A DNA stretch of 64,000 nt from a virus. Below are positions 57,371 through 64,000 of this stretch, in pieces; the first letter of the stretch is position 1; each line of letters starts with the position of its first letter. The notes below the pieces were generated by a model. It was not told the DNA's origin. It did no database searches and saw only the letters and a list, made by a program, of their open reading frames with translations. The position numbers were made by a program, and so were the translations under genes. The DNA is taken from IMG/VR virus record IMGVR_UViG_3300012971_000018, positions 1-64,000 of that record. The stretch is one strand, 5' to 3'.

Positions 57371-60300
57371 ATGGGGTTGTTGTATGCGGCCCAGGCTACA
57401 GTCGATGTTAGGGCGCGCCAGGAAGCCGTGCTCTACCAACGGATGGGCTGCAATATGTGCCCGCTTAACGATGTGCAGCCGGGGCGCGCCAATGCGACGG
57501 GTTCGGAGCATCCGCTAATATTATTCATAGGCGAAGCCCCCGGCAAGGAGGAGCAACGGACCGGCGAGCAGTTCGTCGGCGAGTCCGGGCAACTTCTGCG
57601 CCCGCGCATCCCGGAGGAATGGCTGCCGGATATTCGATGGACCAATACTGTTCATTGTCGTCCCTCGTATGGCAACGGCCACAATCGGACCCCCGAGCAC
57701 GACGAGATCGAGTGCTGCCGGCCGCGGTGGGTTGCCGACATCGAACGGACCAAGCCGAAGGCGATCTTTGCTTTCGGTAACGTCCCACTCCTGGCGATTA
57801 CCAACTTTACCGGCATAACGCTGTGGCGCGGGAGGCGGCTGCCGGTAAGGATCGGGTCGCACGTCTGCTGGCTCTATCCCATGCTCCATCCGGCCCACAT
57901 CCTGCGCCAGCGGCGGGACGAGGATCGTGGCAAGGATGCCAGGTTTGTTGGCTCCGAAGAGGAGCGGATGTTCGAGTTCGATCTCTACAAGGCATTGGAC
58001 GAGGTCGACGCCGGACTGCCACGGCCGATCGTCCACGACGAGAAGGAAGCCCGCCGCGGCGTCGAGATTGTAACCGAGGGCGGGCGGGAAGGGCTGCACC
58101 GGATCGAGGCCGCGCTTAGGTGGGCGTCCGCGCAGGACGATATCGGGTTCGACTACGAGACGCTGGGGCTACGGCCGTATGGTGCCAATGCCAAGATACT
58201 TACGGTCGCGGTCGCGACTGCGGACCGTGCGATTGCGTTTCCGATCCACCATCGCGAAGCCCGGTTCTCCGACAAGGAGCGCAAGACAATCGAGGATTTG
58301 GTCTGCAATTTCCTGTGCCAGTCCGGGCGTGTGTGGGTGCATAATCTGTCCTTCGAGATGGAATGGACGGCGGTTAAGTTCGGCCGCGACCTGCTGTACG
58401 CTACGCAGTGGCAGGACACGGCGACGCAGGCTTCCATTATTGACGAGCGGAAAGGCAATACCAAGCCGGGATGCTTTTCCCTCGAATGGCTCGTAATGCA
58501 GTACTTCGGCTTTAACCTTAAGAAGCTGTCCCCGCTAAACAAAGCTAATCTCGACCGCGAGCCGCTGCCAAAGGTGCTCGCCTATAATGCGATGGACGCC
58601 AAGTACCATCTGCGGCTTGGGCTGGAGCAGCAGGTAGTCATAAAGCAGCAGGGTCTGCAATCGGTCTACGAGCTGTCGTTGCGGCGGGTGCCGGCGGTCG
58701 TTACGTCGCAGGTCCTGGGCGTGCCGGTCGACCAGGACGAGAACGAGCGTCTGCACGCCAAGTACGCCAAGCGGGTCGCCAGCCTGGAGGCCGAAATCCA
58801 GCAGGTGCCGTTAATCCAGGGGTACAACAGCGACAACGCCGAGCCGTTTAACCCCGGCTCGAACCCGCAGTGCGTCGACGTTTTCTATCGGCGGCTAAAG
58901 CGCAAGGAGTGTCTGGTCGTCGACAAGTTCTCCAAGCGGGAGCGGCTGTCCTGCAATGAAGACGTACTAACCAAGATCGAGCACCCGCTGTCGAAGCTAA
59001 TCGTCCGCTGGCGCAAGGCGAAGCGGCAGGACTCGACCTACATCCAAGCATTGGCCCCGGGGACCGAGAATTCGGCGCTGTGGCCCGACGGTCTTCTGCA
59101 TAGTACGTTCAACACTTACTGGGTCGAGACCGGCCGGCTAAGCTGCTCGGCCCCTTGGACCGAGGTTAAGACCAGTCGTGGTGTGGTCCAGATCAAGGAC
59201 GTTATTGCAGGCGATTTGGTGTGGACCCACAGACAACGCTGGCGTTTAGTTACGCGGGCTTGGAGCAAAGGCTTCGAACAGATGTTCGACGTTGTATTGT
59301 CTAATGGGAAAGTTTTGACTTGCACCAAAAACCACCGTCTGCTATCCAAGGCCAGTGGCTGGATAACGGTTGGAGAGTTGTATGACGTATTCCAAGAGAT
59401 GGGTCGAGACGCCGGGGAATATAAAGCGCGTACTGGCGCTTTATCGCAGCAAGGAGTTGGTTCCAACAGAGCAGATAGCCAAGACGTTGGGCACATCGGT
59501 ACCAAACGTCTACGAGGCTATCAAACGGAACATGCCATTGGTCGAGAAGCAGGCTCTATCATCTGTTCGCTATTCGGCATCGAAGCTGGGCACAAAAAAT
59601 CCGATGCTGGGGCGAACTGGAGATCGGCATCCGAATTGGAAGGGGGAATGTTTGGATGGTCATGGTGGTTATTTGACCATAAAGGTTGGAAAGCGTCGTA
59701 TTTTTCTCCACCACCACTTGCTTATGCAGGCATTGGGTCTACCAGAAGTCCCACGCGGTTGGATGGTACACCATATCGATGGCGACCCGTTGAACAACGA
59801 CGTGGACAATTTGGCTTTGGTGACGGCTCGCGGACACAAAGCTATCCACTACAGACAGTTGGAGACCAAGACGTTGCGATTAAAGAAATCAAAGCTGGCG
59901 GAAGCTTTGAAGTATTTGATCTAACAGTAGAGGAGGACGCCAGCTATGAGACCTGTGGAGTATTTTCGCACAATAGCGAATTTCCAAACCTTCAGAATTT
60001 CCCGAAGCGCGACGGCGAGGCCGTCGAGGTCCGCCGGCAGGTCCAGGCCGCCCCTGGATATAGTATCATATCTCTGGACCTGGGCCAGATCGAAGCCCGT
60101 GTCGTCGCGATGTTTACCAAGGACCCGGTCTATGTAAAGCAATTGTGGGACAAGTTCGACATCCACAAGGATTGGGCCGAGCGGATCGCTTTCGCCTATC
60201 CGGATCGGATCGGCGGGTCGAAGAACCTAAAAGACCCGAAGGTAATGAAGACCTTTCGCAGTGACATAAAGAACCAGTGGACCTTCCCTCTGCTCTACGG

Positions 60301-60838
60301 TGCATCGTGCAAGTCGGTGGCTGGTTCTCTAAGCATTCCCGAGGACAAGCTAACGCCGCTGTACGACCAGTTCTGGAGCGAGTTCTCGACGGTAAAGAAA
60401 TGGCAGGAGGACCAGCTAAGGTTCTACCGTCGGCACGGCTATGTGGAATGCCTAACCGGCCGTCGGCGCCACGGTCCGCTGTCCCTTAACAAGGTCTACA
60501 ACACCCCGGTCCAGGGCACCGCAGCCGAGATAATCATGGACCGTATGTGTTACATGGTCGAGAGCGGCGATCCCGAGCTGCTGCCCGAGCTGCAAATCCA
60601 CGACGATCTAACCTTCCTGCGGGTGCGGGAGGAACGGGCCGAGGAAGTCGCGGGGAAGATATTGGACATTATGCTGGACCTGCGGCACTTCCCATGGGTG
60701 AACGTGCCGATATCCGTCGAGGTGGCAACCGGCTTTAACTGGATGCCTTGGGACAAGGACAACAACCCGGAAGGGCTAAGGGCGATGCCGGAAAGCTATT
60801 TCTCGAACGAGTGGCTAAAGGCGAGAGGAATAACATGA
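57371..60838 (+). CDS. polA: Family A DNA polymerase with N-terminal family-4-like uracil-DNA glycosylase domain, 3'-5' exonuclease and intein
   Basis: C..CPL, IGEAPG..E...G..FVG.SG, HPA; FDYET, HNL.FE, YNAMD; spliced TGRLS|SEFPNLQN, DLGQIEAR, R...K....F...YG, NTPVQGTA, IHDD. Confidence 0.92.
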   Translation: MGLLYAAQATVDVRARQEAVLYQRMGCNMCPLNDVQPGRANATGSEHPLILFIGEAPGKEEQRTGEQFVGESGQLLRPRIPEEWLPDIRWTNTVHCRPSYGNGHNRTPEHDEIECCRPRWVADIERTKPKAIFAFGNVPLLAITNFTGITLWRGRRLPVRIGSHVCWLYPMLHPAHILRQRRDEDRGKDARFVGSEEERMFEFDLYKALDEVDAGLPRPIVHDEKEARRGVEIVTEGGREGLHRIEAALRWASAQDDIGFDYETLGLRPYGANAKILTVAVATADRAIAFPIHHREARFSDKERKTIEDLVCNFLCQSGRVWVHNLSFEMEWTAVKFGRDLLYATQWQDTATQASIIDERKGNTKPGCFSLEWLVMQYFGFNLKKLSPLNKANLDREPLPKVLAYNAMDAKYHLRLGLEQQVVIKQQGLQSVYELSLRRVPAVVTSQVLGVPVDQDENERLHAKYAKRVASLEAEIQQVPLIQGYNSDNAEPFNPGSNPQCVDVFYRRLKRKECLVVDKFSKRERLSCNEDVLTKIEHPLSKLIVRWRKAKRQDSTYIQALAPGTENSALWPDGLLHSTFNTYWVETGRLSCSAPWTEVKTSRGVVQIKDVIAGDLVWTHRQRWRLVTRAWSKGFEQMFDVVLSNGKVLTCTKNHRLLSKASGWITVGELYDVFQEMGRDAGEYKARTGALSQQGVGSNRADSQDVGHIGTKRLRGYQTEHAIGREAGSIICSLFGIEAGHKKSDAGANWRSASELEGGMFGWSWWLFDHKGWKASYFSPPPLAYAGIGSTRSPTRLDGTPYRWRPVEQRRGQFGFGDGSRTQSYPLQTVGDQDVAIKEIKAGGSFEVFDLTVEEDASYETCGVFSHNSEFPNLQNFPKRDGEAVEVRRQVQAAPGYSIISLDLGQIEARVVAMFTKDPVYVKQLWDKFDIHKDWAERIAFAYPDRIGGSKNLKDPKVMKTFRSDIKNQWTFPLLYGASCKSVAGSLSIPEDKLTPLYDQFWSEFSTVKKWQEDQLRFYRRHGYVECLTGRRRHGPLSLNKVYNTPVQGTAAEIIMDRMCYMVESGDPELLPELQIHDDLTFLRVREERAEEVAGKILDIMLDLRHFPWVNVPISVEVATGFNWMPWDKDNNPEGLRAMPESYFSNEWLKARGIT
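59144..59974 (+). mobile_element. Intein (277 aa) with no in-frame endonuclease
   Basis: CSAPWTEV start, CTKNH block B, VFDLTV...SHN|S end; removal restores GRLSS.PNLQN. Confidence 0.92.
59382..59924 (+). CDS. HNH homing endonuclease in the +1 frame inside the PolA intein
   Basis: GGAGAG RBS then ATG; HTH-like IAKTLGTS..NVY, KNPM.G..G..HPNWKG, GY, H, VHHIDGDPLNN..DNL.......H...H. Confidence 0.88.
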   Translation: MTYSKRWVETPGNIKRVLALYRSKELVPTEQIAKTLGTSVPNVYEAIKRNMPLVEKQALSSVRYSASKLGTKNPMLGRTGDRHPNWKGECLDGHGGYLTIKVGKRRIFLHHHLLMQALGLPEVPRGWMVHHIDGDPLNNDVDNLALVTARGHKAIHYRQLETKTLRLKKSKLAEALKYLI

Positions 60839-61179
60839 AAGCGAAAAAGAAACTTGTGCATCTCCTTATAACTGTCGATCTAACACCAGAGGTGCGGATG
60901 CATTCCTATGTCATCTGCCCCAAAGAACGCGAGCGGGCAGTAATGGAGGGAGTTATAGACACGATGTTTAAGAAGGCCGAAAAAATGGGTGTTACACCTT
61001 GGCCAGCAATTGTTCTGTGTACCAAGCTAGGTACTGGTGTTGCCATCGTTCGTGGAGTTTTGTCCGAGAAATATCCAGAATCAATTCCGAAATACGACGA
61101 GGTAAAAGACTTTCATTGCACGGTATGGGCCATGGCAGCAAGCCATCCGGCCGACAAAAAACTTATGGAGCTGCACTAG
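60835..61179 (+). CDS. Hypothetical protein (lower GC)
   Basis: GAGGA RBS; ATGA overlap. Confidence 0.6.
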   Translation: MKAKKKLVHLLITVDLTPEVRMHSYVICPKERERAVMEGVIDTMFKKAEKMGVTPWPAIVLCTKLGTGVAIVRGVLSEKYPESIPKYDEVKDFHCTVWAMAASHPADKKLMELH

Positions 61180-61181
61180 GT

Positions 61182-61372
61182 ATGGAGCGCTATCGAGACG
61201 AGGGAGACAGATGCGCCGTATGCAAGTTCTTTGCCTCTACCGGCGGTGCCATGGGCGAGTGCCACAGGCGCTCGCCACGGAGCACGGCAAGTCGCCTGCG
61301 GCGGTATGGCCTAATGTGTCGGGGGACCATTGGTGCGGAGAGTTCGAGAAGGGGAGCGAGGAGGAGGAATGA
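61182..61372 (+). pseudogene. Frameshifted small four-Cys (HiPIP-like) protein
   Basis: CAVC..F...GEC.R.SP in one frame, WPNV...HWCGEF in the -1 frame ending in ATGA overlap with clamp loader. Confidence 0.55.
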
Positions 61373-62304
61373 GCCTGCTTATAAAGTATCGCCCTAGCTC
61401 CTGGGACGAAGTTCTCGGCCAGGACCGTGTGCTCGACTCGCTGGAGACGGTCGTTAGCAAGCGGCAGACCCATTCTTTCCTGCTGGTCGGTCCGTCGGGC
61501 TGTGGGAAGACGACGCTGGCCCGGCTTATCGCCAAGAACCTGGGATGTAGTGAGCTAAACCTTATCGAGACCGATCCGGCGACCCACCCGGGGGTCGAGG
61601 ATATCCGCGAGGTTATCTCGACGCTTAATACCCGGCCGCCCGGCGGCGGGACGCGGGTCGTTATCGTCGACGAGTGCCAGTTGTATTCGAAGAACGTCTG
61701 GACGGCGTTGCTAAAGATATCCGAGGACCCGCCGTCCTGGGTCTACTGGGTGTTCTGCACGACCGATGCGGGTAAGGTTCCGAGCGCAATGAAGACCCGG
61801 GCGGCGAGCTACGAGCTTCGCCCGGTAGCGCGCGCGGACCTCGAAGACATCGTTGTGTTTATCGCCCGATCCGAGAAGATGGACGTTCGCGCCGACGTTA
61901 TGGCGCTGTGCGCAGACGAAGCCGGCGGTTCGCCGCGACAGGCGATCTCCAATCTTGTGGTGTGCGCCGGTGCGAAATCGAGGGCGGAAGCGATCGAGTT
62001 GCTAAAGAACGGTTACGCGGAGGACGAGGCCGGCGCATTCGAGCTGGCGCAGGTGCTCTACAAGACCGGCGGAGCATCGTGGGAGGAGATGCGAAGCGTG
62101 CTGGCGAAGTTGCACGAGGCCGGCGCCAATCCCGAGGGCGTGCGGCAAGTCGTCCGGGCCTACGGCACCAAGATGCTGCTGGGCAATCCCAAAAGTCCGC
62201 AGTCGGTGTGTGCAGTCCTAAATGCCTTTTCTACTCCGTTCAATTCTGCCGACAAGGTAACGCCGGTCTTGCTGGCGTGTGCCAATTTGTGCTTTGGAGA
62301 TTAG
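61369..62304 (+). CDS. Clamp loader AAA+ ATPase (DnaX-like)
   Basis: KYRP..WDEV.GQ, GPSGCGKTT, IVDEC, ALLK..EDPP, GSPR.A. Confidence 0.9.
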   Translation: MSLLIKYRPSSWDEVLGQDRVLDSLETVVSKRQTHSFLLVGPSGCGKTTLARLIAKNLGCSELNLIETDPATHPGVEDIREVISTLNTRPPGGGTRVVIVDECQLYSKNVWTALLKISEDPPSWVYWVFCTTDAGKVPSAMKTRAASYELRPVARADLEDIVVFIARSEKMDVRADVMALCADEAGGSPRQAISNLVVCAGAKSRAEAIELLKNGYAEDEAGAFELAQVLYKTGGASWEEMRSVLAKLHEAGANPEGVRQVVRAYGTKMLLGNPKSPQSVCAVLNAFSTPFNSADKVTPVLLACANLCFGD

Positions 62305-62512
62305 GGTAGGTTAGGTGGTGTAGGGCAAGGTGAGGTAGGGTTTGGTTCGGTAGGATGCGGTCTGGTACGGTTAGGTCGGGTCCGGTGCGGTCAGGTAAGG
62401 TAAGGCGCGGTGGGGTTAGGTCCGGTGGGGTAGGGTCGTGTCGGGTTGGGTTCGGTGAGGTCTGGCGAGGTCAGGTTGGGTTGGTTGGGGTATGGTTTGG
62501 TAAGGTAAGGGT
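62305..62512 (+). repeat. Degenerate pentamer array, about 41 units of GTNNG
   Basis: Strict 5-nt period, e.g. gtctg gtacg gttag gtcgg gtccg gtgcg gtcag gtaag gtaag. Confidence 0.9.
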
Positions 62513-62518
62513 AATAGC

Positions 62519-63055
62519 ATGGTCGAGCGCAGACGATCCCAACCGGCGGAAACGCCAATCGATCCCCAGCCGCGGATGTCGATCGAGCAGCTACGCGAGA
62601 GCATGGAAATCCGCCAGGAGGGCCAGGCGCTCGACGCCTGCCTGGGCGAGCAGCCCGATCTGTTCTTCCATGCCGCGGACGGTTACCGGCTGGCGGTCGC
62701 GGCCCGCGATGCGCTCGATCTCGATCTCGATTTTCTAAAGGCCGATCTGGCCGAAAGCTTCCGCGACGAAGCCTTGCAGAACGAAGAGAAGATTACCGAG
62801 GCGGCGATAACCCGCAAGCTGGCGCTTAACGATGTGGTGCAGGACATGGAGCGCGACCTGCTCCGCCTGCGTGGCGAGGTCGACCACTGGGCGGCGATTA
62901 AGGACGGCTATACCCAGCGATCGTTCATGTTGCGCGAGCTGGTTCGGCTAATCACTGCCCGTATGGCTAACCTGCATCTGGAGCGTTCCGTCGCCGGCTC
63001 GCAGGAGGACCTCGTGGAGGCGCGACGGCGGGCGGCGAGAGCGGCAGGCCAATAA
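62519..63055 (+). CDS. Helical protein, UvsY-like recombination mediator (tentative)
   Basis: QP.LF, KITEAAI, W.A.K..Y.QRS.ML; position before SSB. Confidence 0.5.
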   Translation: MVERRRSQPAETPIDPQPRMSIEQLRESMEIRQEGQALDACLGEQPDLFFHAADGYRLAVAARDALDLDLDFLKADLAESFRDEALQNEEKITEAAITRKLALNDVVQDMERDLLRLRGEVDHWAAIKDGYTQRSFMLRELVRLITARMANLHLERSVAGSQEDLVEARRRAARAAGQ

Positions 63056-63204
63056 TGGAGCTGGTCCTCTACGGCGTTGCCCTGCTGCTGTTTATCGCCG
63101 TCGCCTGCTACGTGGGCGCCCGGGCGATCGGTATAGCTTGGTATCGCACCAAGCTGGAGTACATGCGATCTGTGTTCCGAGAAGGAGACCAAAATGGCAA
63201 ATAA
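63055..63204 (+). CDS. Small membrane peptide (49 aa)
   Basis: Read manually: MELVLYGVALLLFIAVACYVG...; TAATG coupling. Confidence 0.5.
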   Translation: MELVLYGVALLLFIAVACYVGARAIGIAWYRTKLEYMRSVFREGDQNGK

Positions 63205-64000
63205 GCCGAAGCTAAGATACTATGGTGCCAACCGTACGGTCGAGGACGTAATGCGGACGCAATACGTCCCGTCCGGGAATTACGACGCCATTATCCAGGA
63301 GGGCTTCCCGGTATTCAAGCCGAAGGACGGCGAGAACGTTATCCGGCTTATGCAGGCGAGCTGGCCGGAGGAGGAAATTCCGAAATGGGGCACGGACTGG
63401 GCGATCCTCATTTCGGTCCACAACAATGTCGGCGACCGCGGCACCTTCCTGTGTCTCGATGCCATGTATGGCGAGCCTTGCCCGGTCTGCGAGGCGGCCA
63501 TGGAGGAGCCCGACAAGGACATTCGCTTCGAGCTGGAGGCCAACAAGCGCGCGCTGGCGTGGCTTATTAACCGGAAAGACCCGAGCGTCGGACCGCAGGC
63601 ATGGTCGATGCCGTTAAAGAAAGTCTGGAAGGTTATTAATGCCCGCTCGCGCGACCGCAAGACCGGTGCGTTGCTGCACATTGACGATCCGGAGGCAGGG
63701 TACGACGTGGTCTTTACCGGCGAGAATACCGGCAAGAAGACCGCCGACTACCAGGGGATCGAGATCGAGCGCGAGGCCACCATGCTAGGCCCCGACGACG
63801 CGACGCAGCAGAAGTGGATCGACTACATTGTGGAGAACCCGCTGCCGTCGATCCTAAACATCCCGGACCCCGAGTACATTCGTAAGCGCCTGTTCGGGAG
63901 GGTAAGCCGCGCCCGCCCGGCCGACGCTGTGGAGGAGGCGACCGGTGCGATGCCCGCGCGGCGGCGACCGGTAGCCCGGTCCGACGACGGTGTGCCGACC
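63194..64000 (+). CDS. gp32-like single-stranded DNA-binding protein, 3'-truncated
   Basis: AAGGAG RBS; read manually: FKPKDGEN.IR, VH, C......CPVCE, DDPE.GYD. Confidence 0.75.
   Translation, partial: MANKPKLRYYGANRTVEDVMRTQYVPSGNYDAIIQEGFPVFKPKDGENVIRLMQASWPEEEIPKWGTDWAILISVHNNVGDRGTFLCLDAMYGEPCPVCEAAMEEPDKDIRFELEANKRALAWLINRKDPSVGPQAWSMPLKKVWKVINARSRDRKTGALLHIDDPEAGYDVVFTGENTGKKTADYQGIEIEREATMLGPDDATQQKWIDYIVENPLPSILNIPDPEYIRKRLFGRVSRARPADAVEEATGAMPARRRPVARSDDGVPT

Noticed and set aside
59370-59924. Group I intron carrying the HNH gene
   Set aside because: The polymerase frame is uninterrupted and has complete intein blocks with a C...HN|S junction, so removal is at the protein level.
62305-62512. 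CRISPR array, or real protein from ORFs 62355-62738 and 62416-62604
   Set aside because: No 23-50 bp repeats with spacers and no cas genes; the ORFs are low-complexity translations of a 5-nt period without an RBS.
1-64000. Stop-codon reassignment as the cause of TGA scarcity
   Set aside because: Genes are full length in the standard code, TGA still ends genes at ATGA overlaps, and the depletion affects all frames and both strands.

Overview
The window is an internal 64-kb piece of a GC-rich tailed dsDNA phage with a contractile tail. No integrase, rRNA or CRISPR is seen; an alphaproteobacterial host is a weak inference. There are three blocks. (1) 1-21.6 kb, rightward: neck, tail and baseplate genes (DUF3383 sheath, tube, frameshifted chaperone, tape measure, spike, baseplate J, DUF2612), fibre/spike genes and an endolysin. 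(2) 21.6-38.3 kb, leftward: SbcC/SbcD, a resolvase, DUF932, an amidoligase with two gamma-glutamylcyclotransferases and many small early genes, behind tandem sigma70-like promoters. (3) 39.5-64 kb, rightward: DnaB, SNF2 helicase, primase, a sigma-like factor, a thymidine-hypermodification cluster, beta clamp, UDG-fused family A polymerase, clamp loader, a UvsY-like protein and a gp32-like SSB. Four observations stand out. (a) The PolA intein's HNH homing endonuclease is not in the intein frame; it is a separate +1-frame ORF with its own RBS nested inside the intein. (b) The trinucleotide TCA/TGA is avoided on both strands with a matching TTA/TAA excess, which mobile inserts lack. (c) An M6-type T-hypermodification pathway is extended by an amidoligase and an SDR, predicting an uncharacterised base. 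(d) A ~41-unit GTNNG pentamer array and a candidate structured ncRNA lie in intergenic DNA. All family calls are from motif recognition by eye, not database searches; counts are manual and approximate.
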